Source: Antedon mediterranea
Lineage: Eukaryota > Animalia > Echinodermata
Direction: 5' to 3'
Length of the DNA stretch: 64,000 nucleotides
Assembly: GCF_964355755.1 (NCBI RefSeq)
Contig: NC_092678.1
Span: 5,038,422 to 5,102,421, forward strand
The position numbers were made by a program, and so were the translations under genes. The notes below the pieces were generated by a model. That model saw nothing but the letters and a program-made list of their open reading frames with translations. It was not told the origin of the DNA and searched no databases. How positions within the stretch are numbered: position 1 is the stretch's first letter; each line of letters begins with the position of its first letter. Positions 24,301 through 39,300 of the stretch are shown here, piece by piece.

Positions 24301-27300
24301 GAATTTCGTTAGTCTTCTTTTTCCTGACTAATACTATAGGAGAACTATACTGGCTTTCGGACTCTCTAATGATATTCTTCCTTAATAAATCTTGAATGTG
24401 GTCCCTAGCATCATTGAAATCAGATGGGGGTATCCTCCTACAAGGTTGACGGAATGGGGTGTCATTAGTTAGGTGTATTTTATGTTTTACAGCCGAAGTT
24501 CTCCCTATATCTAAATCATTCTTTGAAAAAACATTCGGATGATTATTAAGTAAATTAATAAATTTCGCCTTATCTATATGTGAAATTGGCGAGCTATCAA
24601 AATTAAAATTGTTTGAGGCCGTACTTGAGTTACAGTGAACTTCCGGACTGTGATGCGTTATAGACTGGGGGATGAAAGCAGTGGCAATCTTAAAGTTTCT
24701 ATTTAGCCTAATTTCTTTACTAGAATTTGACAAAGGAACTCTAAGTTTAACTGGGCCCATATGTTCTAACTTGACTATTAAGGGTGTGATTAAAAGCCCT
24801 CCAGGAAGTGGGGTATCCGGGGATGCTTCAATTAACACATCTAAGTTAGGGTGTACTGTGTTCTTTATAACACATTCTACCTCTACTATTTTTCCTCTAG
24901 GTATTGTCATAGGAGAACATATTTTAACGGGGCCTAGTTTATCTTTCTTAGCCTTATCCTCTTTATACACTTCAGCCCAAGCAGAGTGTATGGGGCCTAC
25001 TTTCCTTCCCTTTTTCTTAGTATTTGTCCAGCCAGTGGCCAGATCCCGAACTATACTGGTGTTGGTGCCCATTAACATAGACAGTCCCTTCCCTAATTTG
25101 GGGCACACTAAAGCTAATGTTGGGAATTGTTTAGTATAGCCCGTCTGGACTTTAGGAAACGTTAAATTGACCTCTATATAACCTAGATAAGGTACGTTCT
25201 GACCGCCGGCACCAGTTACTATTAAATCGGTTAATGGGTATATAGGCTTATCCCTTAATTTATCTTTATAAAAGTCTTCACTGATACATGTAACTTGCGA
25301 GCCTGTATCTAACATTGCATTACATATATGACCGTCAACAATTATTGTTACGACACTAGGGTCGCCTATAAGATTATTAGTTTGTGATATTGCACTATGG
25401 AGTAAATTATTGGATGTTTTTGTTCCAGTGTTTCCCTTTCTCTTTTGTTGGGACCTTTTTACTGATGGGGCAGACCGTTGTCCCTTCTTCCCGGATGCCC
25501 TCTGCCGTTTCCCGCCTGATTAAACCGTTTGACCAATTTCTGCTGTACTAATGTGGCATTAGTTGGGTTGGGACAACCCCTCATGTGGTGCCCATCCTCG
25601 CCACAATTATAACATATTTTAGGCCTAGTGTTTGGCGCAGGTGAAGAACGCGTTTTTGGGTTAGGGGTGGACTCTGGTGGGCTTGGTGTTGATTTGAGGT
25701 GATGTAGCTCAGTTCTAAGAACTTCTACCTCATGGCTAAGGGCTTCATAGCTACATAACGCAGCCTTGGCACTAACTGCCTTAGGTGTTCGCTTTTCTGC
25801 CCTAGCCCTACTATTAATTTCCTCACTTCTAACTTCTTTAATCAGTGTTAAATAAGTAGGGGGATTTGATTTGCGTTGTTTCAGGTTTAATGTAGATGAT
25901 AGCATCTCGTCATATACTAGCCCACGGACAAATTGAGCTAGTCTCATATGGTCAGCCTTTGCTACCCCAACTGCCCCTGCCTTTGTTGCCCTAGTTAGAT
26001 TTTCATCTAGGCGCATTAAAAATTTAGAGGGCAGTTCCCCTTCCGACTGATATGTCTCCCTAAATAGAGTATAGAGGTCATCTGCATCCACTGCCAAACC
26101 ATAGACCTCATTAAGTACATCATGGCATTCCCTAGCAGTTGATTTATCAGTCACTTTATTTAGGATATTAAGTGCTGGAGGAAAGAGACTTTGACTTAAG
26201 ATGCTCTTTTGTTCAGCCTGTGATAAGCTATCATCCCTTAAAAGTTGTTGGACTAGTTGAGACCAAGTCTCAAAGTCTACCTCATTTGAAGGGATTGGCA
26301 CCCGTCCCGAAAACTGTCGTAACCGACGAACACCGGCCGTACGGGGCACGTTGTTGCCTATTAGGTGTTTTACTACTACTTCTTTGGTGTCGGAGGGGAT
26401 GGAGTCTAGCCTAAGATCGTTCAGGGTTTTCCCATGTTCTAAGAGAAATTTTTGTAGTTGTCCCTGGAAATCTGTGGGTAGGATATGGGTGTCCTGTTCT
26501 GGGGTCTTCCCATCCCATTTTATAATAGTCCAGGTTTCGTTATCTGTGTGGTCAATGGTTGTGGGGATATTTAGATCTACTACAGGTTTGGAAAACGAAA
26601 GTAGTAATTGAAAAGTGATATCTGTTTCATCTATAACTTCAACAACCTGGGATCGATCTATTTCTTTGAATGCATTAGGTATTCTATCGTGACTATAATT
26701 GGCCTTCAATACACCCCTTAATGCAATAGCATGACTAGGATCGACCTTGTGTTTAATACACCAGTCATATATATCCATGGTATACAAAATAAGAAGTTAC
26801 AATTGTAAATTAAAATAAGTGAAATTACGATCAAATATTACAAATTATAAAACAATGATTAGATATATAAGGGTACAAAAATATTATAAAGTAAAATTGA
26901 AAAGCATGAAATATAATACAATGATAAAAATATGCAATATAGTATATAATTATAAATTTATTATCTAACTAGTGCCTTTTCAAGCCCCACATTGGGCGCC
27001 AGTTTTTATGTAACCGCTCTACACACAACACAAAAGATTATCGACTTAGGGTTGAGGTGAGCGGGGTTCGAGTTGATTGGGGCAGCGGCACTAGACACAC
27101 ATAGATAATAAATAAAAGAGTACACAATAGTTGGCTTATAGTAGATGTGTTATTATTCTAAATCGTAATACAATTTATACAATATGCGACTTATAATTAA
27201 GTATGCTTAAAGATTTAGATAACAAGTCAAACTTAAGTTTGTTGACAACTGGCAGTGGTCGAGCTTGTCCCCTTTTTGGTGTGATAAACCCGTTCGAAGT

Positions 27301-30300
27301 TTGATGCTTATACACTCCACCGATTCCCTCGTCTGGCTGTGGACTTTACACACAGAATCCAACTTGGGCAATCTTCCCTCAACCTGAATTTGTTGAGCAA
27401 GGAATAAGTGTAAATACAACTTCTTTCAGAACGTACAAAAAGTATCAGGGAGGACCTGACTGCTCTCAATAGATTTAGAGTTGAGTTGTGTACTACGGTA
27501 GCCTTTTTGTATTTAATTCCTATAACTACAGAATTCTCTATACAGGCTTCATTCAAGGATAATTTAGGATTAGCTAATAAATCATAGCCTAGTGAGTATA
27601 TAATGACAGGGTCTTATTACTACACTCTAACTTACATATAAACATACAATCAATACGATATAAGGTGGTCAAACATATAGTACATATTTACAATATATCA
27701 AGTTGTATCTAAGATAATAAATTCATTGCTGGACAACGAGCAATGATAAACATAAAAGTAGTATCCTATATGTAGTTAACAAGTACAACTAAAGGACTTA
27801 GCTATGTTACTTACGCTACAAAATAATAAGTTTATGTTGGTTATCTTACCTGAATTTGTTGAGCAAGGAATAAGTGTAAATACAACTTCTTTCAGAACGT
27901 ACAAAAAGTATCAGGGAGGACCTGACTGCTCTCAATAGATTTAGAGTTGAGTTGTGATTTTTCCCAACTCTGCAGTCTTTTTTATATGTCTTGGCCCCAC
28001 CCTGTTGTTCCGAAATACATTCCTGGACCATTATCTAATGGTAGATGATGGTGGCCCTATTTCCTTATTTGGAGTTTGATCAGCTAATAGTTTATCCTTA
28101 AAATAATTAGCTCATACTTAAAGTATGTTGGTCAGTACTTTCTTTGTTTGTAAGGAAGTAGGAATGTGTAAATGTTGCAATTTCCTTGGACTGGCACACT
28201 TTTGTGGCCTGGGTTACCCTTCATCTTCTTAGACTGGCACACTTTTGTGGCCTGGGTTACCCTTCATCTTCTTTGACTGGCCTACTTTTGTAGCCTGGGT
28301 TACCCTTCATCTTCTTAGACTGGCACACTTTTGTGGCCTGGGTTACCCTTCATCTTCTTTGACTGGCCTACTTTTGTAGCCTGGGTTACCCTTCATCTTC
28401 TTTGACTGGCCTACTTTTGTAGCCTGGGTTACCCTTCATCTTCTTAGACTGGCACACTTTTGTGGCCTGGGTTACCCTTCATCTTCTTTGACTGGCCTAC
28501 TTTTGTAGCCTGGGTTACACTCACCCTGCCAAAATATTCGTCCGTCCCCGGACGACGCTCAACAAACTCAATGGTAACCAACATTTACATTAAAAATAGT
28601 GCTTAACTACGTCACCATTTAGTTTTTGATCGTAATTCACCTGTCTTAATACATAAAATATACAGTGAAAAAAAATATTACATTGAAAAGGAATCAAAAT
28701 TGGCGTGTATATATAAACATATAGTAAAAATAACATTATAAAATTAATTCGGCTTAGAGCCTCTTAAAAGTGATAATTGAGATTGCATCATATCAGCAAA
28801 CATTTGGTTTTGCATCCCAATGACTTGGACCACCATATTAGAAGTTGATGTAACTTGTTGGCCGGGAGCAAAATAACCTAACCTTTCTGGCTGTGTTCTT
28901 AGCCGTTTAGGACGTAAGGTATCATCTGTATTAGCCTGTGGTTCGTGGACATCAGGTTGAATATCAGGCCCATTATTAGCATTATCAATATTAACATTAT
29001 CATTGTTGTCTAAATTATGAATAACAGCATCTTCGATATCATTAATATCATGGTTAACTATTACATCTTCCTCATTGATCTGAGGTTCTATTTCGTTAAC
29101 AATTGGGGTGTCAATAATAGTTTGAGCCACGTTTTGGTCATTACCCAGATTAGGAGGTATAGATGGATCTGTTGGTTGTTGAAGTGTGCGAACTGAATTT
29201 GGAATGTAATAATCTAAATCACTATCACTTGTTTCATGTCCAGATAGTTCTGGCTGTGGGACAGTTGACTTAGGCGTTTTGTGCCCTTGTCGAGTGACAG
29301 GCTTTCTCTGTCTTTGTTTTTCTTTAGTACCACTTTTAGGGGGAGTTTCCTTTGCTGTAGCAAACCTACATGGGAGTAGCATATTTCTATGCAATGTTCT
29401 AGTAGGACCATCACTATCTTCAGGTTCTATCTTGTACACAGGGTTGTCCCCTATTTGTTCCAAAACCACATAAATAGTTTCTTCCCACCTATCAGCAAGT
29501 TTATGTTTACCCCTTAAGCGCACATTTTTTACTAGTACCCTATCACCCTTGCAAATAGTGCATTCACGCACTTTACTATCATATCGGGCTTTATTGGCAT
29601 TAGCTTTCTTGGTTGCCATTTCCTGGGCTAATTTGTGTGCTGTTTCTAGGCGATGTCGTAATTTGTCGGCATATCCCCTTGGAGAAAGTGAACCATTTTG
29701 ATTTGGGTCAATACCTAGTTGGATGTCAATTGGGAGGCGGGCTTCTCTACCAAACATTAAATAATATGGGGACATTCCCGTAGCATCATTCTTAGTACAA
29801 TTGTATGCATGCACTAAGGGTGCAACATGGTCTCGCCAATGTTCTTTCTTTTGGTTTTCTAGAGTGCCTAGCATTTTAAGCAGGGTTTGGTTAAACCGTT
29901 CTACCTGACCATTACCCTGGGGATGGTATGGGGTTGTACGAGATTTTCTTACTCCTAAATATTTACATAAATCTTGGATAACTTTTGATTCGAAATCTCT
30001 GCCTTGATCTGAATGTAATTGTTTTGGAAAGCCATAATGTTGAAAGACATTATTCCACAGAGCTTTTGCTACTGTGGGGGCTTTTTGGTCCTTAGTTGGG
30101 ATAGCAATAGCATATCTAGTGAAATGGTCAGTCACAACTAATACATTTCTAGTATCCTTAGAATCAGGTTCTATAGACAGAAAGTCAATACACATTAATT
30201 CCATAGGCATGGTGGTTCTGACACTAACTAGGGGGGCTGCTTTGGTAGCACGGGCCTTTCTTCGGACACATCGTTCACAACACCTACATTTATCTTCAAT

Positions 30301-33300
30301 TTGGGAGGACATACGAGGCCAATAAAATCTGGATCGGGCAAGATCCAAGGTCCGTTCCATCCCAGGGTGACCAATGTCATCATGTAAGCCAGTAAATGCT
30401 TTATCTCTATAAGCGGTTGGAAGTACTAATTGCAATTGCATAGCTCCGATATTATTTACAAATTGGCGGTATAGAATATTATCTTTTACCAATAATTTAT
30501 CAAACTGTCTCAGGAGTAGCCTAGTTTCCTCGGGTAATTTTGTGAGTTCATCTTGTGTAGGTTTCCGTTTGTTATATACAAATTTAAAAATAGGTTTTAT
30601 ATTAGGGTCTTGTTGTTGATGCTCTACCCACTCCGCTGCAGTAACATTAGGCAAGGTTGACTGCCCATCTATAGGCCTAATAGGGTTATCATAGATGGCG
30701 GGGATTGCATCAGGAGAATCACTAACTGACTCAACTAAGGGTGTTGTATCATTAGGTATAGTAGACTTATTAACTATTTTAGCATTACAGACTGCTGTGA
30801 ACGAACAGGATGAAAATTTTACTCTACCTAACACTTCGTCAGCTTTCTCTTGATATTGTTCGTATTCAAAGTCATTGGAAGGGGGGTCATGTGGGCGACG
30901 ACTAAGACCGTCTGCATCTTGATTGTTTCTACCTGCTTTGTATTTAATATCAAAGTTGTAATTGACCAGGGCGGCAAGCCACCTTTGACCTGTAGCGTCA
31001 AGCTTAGCTGTCGTCAACACGTACGTTAAGGGGTTATTATCGGTGTAAATTACAAATCGTTGACCATAAAGATAGTCAGTAAATTTCTCAGTCACAGCCC
31101 ATTTTAGGGCAAGAAATTCTAATTTATGAGCAGGATAATTGGCTTCACTTTTGGATAACCCACGACTAGCATAGGCAATTACCCTCTTTATCCCATTTAT
31201 CTCTTGATATAGGGCTGCACCTAACCCGCTTGTACTAGCGTCGGTATGTAGAATAAATGGTGAATTGTAGTCTGCGAATCCTAATATAGGGGCTGAAGAC
31301 AATTTATCTATTAGTAAATCAAATGCCACCTGACATGATTCGGACCAGTTAGTACCAAATGGGGTATTAGGACTAGGGCGCCTGTCTGAGGGAGTATTGG
31401 ATTTAGGTTTTTTGAACGTTTTACCTCGTTTACGTATTGGGTCATACTTAGTCATAAGTTGGTTTAATGGTTTGGCAATATGGCTATAATGCTGTATAAA
31501 TCGTCGATAATAACCAGCAAAACCTAGAAATGATTTCAATTCTTTTACATTTGAGGGGCGGGGCCAAGATTTGACAGCCTCTACCTTATCTGGGTCAGTG
31601 CTTACCCCATCCTCTGAAATGACATGGCCCAAGCACTTAATGGAAGTTTGGGCAAAATTGCACTTGTCTGGATTTAGTTTCAAGCCATACTCTTCAAGCC
31701 TAGATAATACTTTGTCTAACTTAGCTAGGTGTTCGTCTAGTGTGGTTGAAAAAACTAGTAAGTCATCTAAATAAACTAGAACGTCGGAAAATGTTAACTC
31801 CCCCATGCACTTCTCCATTAGTCGCTGGAAGGTGGCGGGGGCATTAGTGATCCCTTGGGGCATTCGGTTAAATTCATAGAATCCCAATGGGCACCAAAAT
31901 GCAGTTTTTGCTTTATCCTCCTCAGCCATTTCAATTTGGTAATAGCCTGATTTGAGGTCAAGACATGAGAACCATTTGGCACCACGTAAGGTTGTAAGGG
32001 CATCTTCAATGTTGGGGACGTTGTATTGGTCCCTAACCGTCCTAGAATTTAGAAGTCTGTAATCTATACATAATCGAATTTCGTTAGTCTTCTTTTTCCT
32101 GACTAATACTATAGGAGAACTATACTGGCTTTCGGACTCTCTAATGATATTCTTCCTTAATAAATCTTGAATGTGGTCCCTAGCATCATTGAAATCAGAT
32201 GGGGGTATCCTCCTACAAGGTTGACGGAATGGGGTGTCATTAGTTAGGTGTATTTTATGTTTTACAGCCGAAGTTCTCCCTATATCTAAATCATTCTTTG
32301 AAAAAACATTCGGATGATTATTAAGTAAATTAATAAATTTCGCCTTATCTATATGTGAAATTGGCGAGCTATCAAAATTAAAATTGTTTGAGGCCGTACT
32401 TGAGTTACAGTGAACTTCCGGACTGTGATGCGTTATAGACTGGGGGATGAAAGCAGTGGCAATCTTAAAGTTTCTATTTAGCCTAATTTCTTTACTAGAA
32501 TTTGACAAAGGAACTCTAAGTTTAACTGGGCCCATATGTTCTAACTTGACTATTAAGGGTGTGATTAAAAGCCCTCCAGGAAGTGGGGTATCCGGGGATG
32601 CTTCAATTAACACATCTAAGTTAGGGTGTACTGTGTTCTTTATAACACATTCTACCTCTACTATTTTTCCTCTAGGTATTGTCATAGGAGAACATATTTT
32701 AACGGGGCCTAGTTTATCTTTCTTAGCCTTATCCTCTTTATACACTTCAGCCCAAGCAGAGTGTATGGGGCCTACTTTCCTTCCCTTTTTCTTAGTATTT
32801 GTCCAGCCAGTGGCCAGATCCCGAACTATACTGGTGTTGGTGCCCATTAACATAGACAGTCCCTTCCCTAATTTGGGGCACACTAAAGCTAATGTTGGGA
32901 ATTGTTTAGTATAGCCCGTCTGGACTTTAGGAAACGTTAAATTGACCTCTATATAACCTAGATAAGGTACGTTCTGACCGCCGGCACCAGTTACTATTAA
33001 ATCGGTTAATGGGTATATAGGCTTATCCCTTAATTTATCTTTATAAAAGTCTTCACTGATACATGTAACTTGCGAGCCTGTATCTAACATTGCATTACAT
33101 ATATGACCGTCAACAATTATTGTTACGACACTAGGGTCGCCTATAAGATTATTAGTTTGTGATATTGCACTATGGAGTAAATTATTGGATGTTTTTGTTC
33201 CAGTGTTTCCCTTTCTCTTTTGTTGGGACCTTTTTACTGATGGGGCAGACCGTTGTCCCTTCTTCCCGGATGCCCTCTGCCGTTTCCCGCCTGATTAAAC

Positions 33301-36300
33301 CGTTTGACCAATTTCTGCTGTACTAATGTGGCATTAGTTGGGTTGGGACAACCCCTCATGTGGTGCCCATCCTCGCCACAATTATAACATATTTTAGGCC
33401 TAGTGTTTGGCGCAGGTGAAGAACGCGTTTTTGGGTTAGGGGTGGACTCTGGTGGGCTTGGTGTTGATTTGAGGTGATGTAGCTCAGTTCTAAGAACTTC
33501 TACCTCATGGCTAAGGGCTTCATAGCTACATAACGCAGCCTTGGCACTAACTGCCTTAGGTGTTCGCTTTTCTGCCCTAGCCCTACTATTAATTTCCTCA
33601 CTTCTAACTTCTTTAATCAGTGTTAAATAAGTAGGGGGATTTGATTTGCGTTGTTTCAGGTTTAATGTAGATGATAGCATCTCGTCATATACTAGCCCAC
33701 GGACAAATTGAGCTAGTCTCATATGGTCAGCCTTTGCTACCCCAACTGCCCCTGCCTTTGTTGCCCTAGTTAGATTTTCATCTAGGCGCATTAAAAATTT
33801 AGAGGGCAGTTCCCCTTCCGACTGATATGTCTCCCTAAATAGAGTATAGAGGTCATCTGCATCCACTGCCAAACCATAGACCTCATTAAGTACATCATGG
33901 CATTCCCTAGCAGTTGATTTATCAGTCACTTTATTTAGGATATTAAGTGCTGGAGGAAAGAGACTTTGACTTAAGATGCTCTTTTGTTCAGCCTGTGATA
34001 AGCTATCATCCCTTAAAAGTTGTTGGACTAGTTGAGACCAAGTCTCAAAGTCTACCTCATTTGAAGGGATTGGCACCCGTCCCGAAAACTGTCGTAACCG
34101 ACGAACACCGGCCGTACGGGGCACGTTGTTGCCTATTAGGTGTTTTACTACTACTTCTTTGGTGTCGGAGGGGATGGAGTCTAGCCTAAGATCGTTCAGG
34201 GTTTTCCCATGTTCTAAGAGAAATTTTTGTAGTTGTCCCTGGAAATCTGTGGGTAGGATATGGGTGTCCTGTTCTGGGGTCTTCCCATCCCATTTTATAA
34301 TAGTCCAGGTTTCGTTATCTGTGTGGTCAATGGTTGTGGGGATATTTAGATCTACTACAGGTTTGGAAAACGAAAGTAGTAATTGAAAAGTGATATCTGT
34401 TTCATCTATAACTTCAACAACCTGGGATCGATCTATTTCTTTGAATGCATTAGGTATTCTATCGTGACTATAATTGGCCTTCAATACACCCCTTAATGCA
34501 ATAGCATGACTAGGATCGACCTTGTGTTTAATACACCAGTCATATATATCCATGGTATACAAAATAAGAAGTTACAATTGTAAATTAAAATAAGTGAAAT
34601 TACGATCAAATATTACAAATTATAAAACAATGATTAGATATATAAGGGTACAAAAATATTATAAAGTAAAATTGAAAAGCATGAAATATAATACAATGAT
34701 AAAAATATGCAATATAGTATATAATTATAAATTTATTATCTAACTAGTGCCTTTTCAAGCCCCACATTGGGCGCCAGTTTTTATGTAACCGCTCTACACA
34801 CAACACAAAAGATTATCGACTTAGGGTTGAGGTGAGCGGGGTTCGAGTTGATTGGGGCAGCGGCACTAGACACACATAGATAATAAATAAAAGAGTACAC
34901 AATAGTTGGCTTATAGTAGATGTGTTATTATTCTAAATCGTAATACAATTTATACAATATGCGACTTATAATTAAGTATGCTTAAAGATTTAGATAACAA
35001 GTCAAACTTAAGTTTGTTGACAACTGGCAGTGGTCGAGCTTGTCCCCTTTTTGGTGTGATAAACCCGTTCGAAGTTTGATGCTTATACACTCCACCGATT
35101 CCCTCGTCTGGCTGTGGACTTTACACACAGAATCCAACTTGGGCAATCTTCCCTCAACCTGAATTTGTTGAGCAAGGAATAAGTGTAAATACAACTTCTT
35201 TCAGAACGTACAAAAAGTATCAGGGAGGACCTGACTGCTCTCAATAGATTTAGAGTTGAGTTGTGTACTACGGTAGCCTTTTTGTATTTAATTCCTATAA
35301 CTACAGAATTCTCTATACAGGCTTCATTCAAGGATAATTTAGGATTAGCTAATAAATCATAGCCTAGTGAGTATATAATGACAGGGTCTTATTACTACAC
35401 TCTAACTTACATATAAACATACAATCAATACGATATAAGGTGGTCAAACATATAGTACATATTTACAATATATCAAGTTGTATCTAAGATAATAAATTCA
35501 TTGCTGGACAACGAGCAATGATAAACATAAAAGTAGTATCCTATATGTAGTTAACAAGTACAACTAAAGGACTTAGCTATGTTACTTACGCTACAAAATA
35601 ATAAGTTTATGTTGGTTATCTTACCTGAATTTGTTGAGCAAGGAATAAGTGTAAATACAACTTCTTTCAGAACGTACAAAAAGTATCAGGGAGGACCTGA
35701 CTGCTCTCAATAGATTTAGAGTTGAGTTGTGATTTTTCCCAACTCTGCAGTCTTTTTTATATGTCTTGGCCCCACCCTGTTGTTCCGAAATACATTCCTG
35801 GACCATTATCTAATGGTAGATGATGGTGGCCCTATTTCCTTATTTGGAGTTTGATCAGCTAATAGTTTATCCTTAAAATAATTAGCTCATACTTAAAGTA
35901 TGTTGGTCAGTACTTTCTTTGTTTGTAAGGAAGTAGGAATGTGTAAATGTTGCAATTTCCTTGGACTGGCACACTTTTGTGGCCTGGGTTACCCTTCATC
36001 TTCTTTGACTGGCCTACTTTTGTGGCCTGGGTTACCCTTCATCTTCTTAGACTGGCACACTTTTGTGGCCTGGGTTACCCTTCATCTTCTTTGACTGGCA
36101 CACTTTTGTGGCCTGGGTTACCCTTCATCTTCTTTGACTGGCCTACTTTTGTAGCCTGGGTTACCCTTCATCTTCTTTGACTGGCCTACTTTTGTAGCCT
36201 GGGTTACCCTTCATCTTCTTAGACTGGCACACTTTTGTGGCCTGGGTTACCCTTCATCTTCTTTGACTGGCCTACTTTTGTAGCCTGGGTTACCCTTCAT

Positions 36301-39300
36301 CTTCTTTGACTGGCCTACTTTTGTAGCCTGGGTTACCCTTCATCTTCTTAGACTGGCACACTTTTGTGGCCTGGGTTACCCTTCATCTTCTTTGACTGGC
36401 ACACTTTTGTGGCCTGGGTTACCCTTCATCTTCTTTGACTGGCCTACTTTTGTAGCCTGGGTTACCCTTCATCTTCTTTGACTGGCCTACTTTTGTAGCC
36501 TGGGTTACCCTTCATCTTCTTAGACTGGCACACTTTTGTGGCCTGGGTTACCCTTCATCTTCTTTGACTGGCCTACTTTTGTAGCCTGGGTTACCCTTCA
36601 TCTTCTTTGACTGGCCTACTTTTGTAGCCTGGGTTACCCTTCATCTTCTTAGACTGGCACACTTTTGTGGCCTGGGTTACCCTTCATCTTCTTTGACTGG
36701 CCTACTTTTGTAGCCTGGGTTACCCTTCATCTTCTTTGACTGGCCTACTTTTGTAGCCTGGGTTACCCTTCATCTTCTTTGACTGGCCTACTTTTGTAGC
36801 CTGGGTTACCCTTCATCTTCTTAGACTGGCACACTTTTGTGGCCTGGGTTACCCTTCATCTTCTTTGACTGGCCTACTTTTGTAGCCTGGGTTACCCTTC
36901 ATCTTCTTTGACTGGCCTACTTTTGTAGCCTGGGTTACCCTTCATCTTCTTAGACTGGCACACTTTTGTGGCCTGGGTTACCCTTCATCTTCTTTGACTG
37001 GCCTACTTTTGTAGCCTGGGTTACCCTTCATCTTCTTTGACTGGCCTACTTTTGTAGCCTGGGTTACCCTTCATCTTCTTTGACTGGCCTACTTTTGTAG
37101 CCTGGGTTACCCTTCATCTTCTTAGACTGGCACACTTTTGTGGCCTGGGTTACCCTTCATCTTCTTTGACTGGCCTACTTTTGTAGCCTGGGTTACCCTT
37201 CATCTTCTTTGACTGGCCTACTTTTGTAGCCTGGGTTACCCTTCATCTTCTTAGACTGGCACACTTTTGTGGCCTGGGTTACCCTTCATCTTCTTTGACT
37301 GGCCTACTTTTGTAGCCTGGGTTACACTCACCCTGCCAAAATATTCGTCCGTCCCCGGACGACGCTCAACAAACTCAATGGTAACCAACATTTACATTAA
37401 AAATAGTGCTTAACTACGTCACCATTTAGTTTTTGATCGTAATTCACCTGTCTTAATACATAAAATATACAGTGAAAAAAAATATTACATTGAAAAGGAA
37501 TCAAAATTGGCGTGTATATATAAACATATAGTAAAAATAACATTATAAAATTAATTCGGCTTAGAGCCTCTTAAAAGTGATAATTGAGATTGCATCATAT
37601 CAGCAAACATTTGGTTTTGCATCCCAATGACTTGGACCACCATATTAGAAGTTGATGTAACTTGTTGGCCGGGAGCAAAATAACCTAACCTTTCTGGCTG
37701 TGTTCTTAGCCGTTTAGGACGTAAGGTATCATCTGTATTAGCCTGTGGTTCGTGGACATCAGGTTGAATATCAGGCCCATTATTAGCATTATCAATATTA
37801 ACATTATCATTGTTGTCTAAATTATGAATAACAGCATCTTCGATATCATTAATATCATGGTTAACTATTACATCTTCCTCATTGATCTGAGGTTCTATTT
37901 CGTTAACAATTGGGGTGTCAATAATAGTTTGAGCCACGTTTTGGTCATTACCCAGATTAGGAGGTATAGATGGATCTGTTGGTTGTTGAAGTGTGCGAAC
38001 TGAATTTGGAATGTAATAATCTAAATCACTATCACTTGTTTCATGTCCAGATAGTTCTGGCTGTGGGACAGTTGACTTAGGCGTTTTGTGCCCTTGTCGA
38101 GTGACAGGCTTTCTCTGTCTTTGTTTTTCTTTAGTACCACTTTTAGGGGGAGTTTCCTTTGCTGTAGCAAACCTACATGGGAGTAGCATATTTCTATGCA
38201 ATGTTCTAGTAGGACCATCACTATCTTCAGGTTCTATCTTGTACACAGGGTTGTCCCCTATTTGTTCCAAAACCACATAAATAGTTTCTTCCCACCTATC
38301 AGCAAGTTTATGTTTACCCCTTAAGCGCACATTTTTTACTAGTACCCTATCACCCTTGCAAATAGTGCATTCACGCACTTTACTATCATATCGGGCTTTA
38401 TTGGCATTAGCTTTCTTGGTTGCCATTTCCTGGGCTAATTTGTGTGCTGTTTCTAGGCGATGTCGTAATTTGTCGGCATATCCCCTTGGAGAAAGTGAAC
38501 CATTTTGATTTGGGTCAATACCTAGTTGGATGTCAATTGGGAGGCGGGCTTCTCTACCAAACATTAAATAATATGGGGACATTCCCGTAGCATCATTCTT
38601 AGTACAATTGTATGCATGCACTAAGGGTGCAACATGGTCTCGCCAATGTTCTTTCTTTTGGTTTTCTAGAGTGCCTAGCATTTTAAGCAGGGTTTGGTTA
38701 AACCGTTCTACCTGACCATTACCCTGGGGATGGTATGGGGTTGTACGAGATTTTCTTACTCCTAAATATTTACATAAATCTTGGATAACTTTTGATTCGA
38801 AATCTCTGCCTTGATCTGAATGTAATTGTTTTGGAAAGCCATAATGTTGAAAGACATTATTCCACAGAGCTTTTGCTACTGTGGGGGCTTTTTGGTCCTT
38901 AGTTGGGATAGCAATAGCATATCTAGTGAAATGGTCAGTCACAACTAATACATTTCTAGTATCCTTAGAATCAGGTTCTATAGACAGAAAGTCAATACAC
39001 ATTAATTCCATAGGCATGGTGGTTCTGACACTAACTAGGGGGGCTGCTTTGGTAGCACGGGCCTTTCTTCGGACACATCGTTCACAACACCTACATTTAT
39101 CTTCAATTTGGGAGGACATACGAGGCCAATAAAATCTGGATCGGGCAAGATCCAAGGTCCGTTCCATCCCAGGGTGACCAATGTCATCATGTAAGCCAGT
39201 AAATGCTTTATCTCTATAAGCGGTTGGAAGTACTAATTGCAATTGCATAGCTCCGATATTATTTACAAATTGGCGGTATAGAATATTATCTTTTACCAAT

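Noticed and set aside
24672-25139. 155-aa antisense ORF and other small ORFs overlapping gag/pol
   Set aside because: Shadow frames; recurrence is due only to element duplication.
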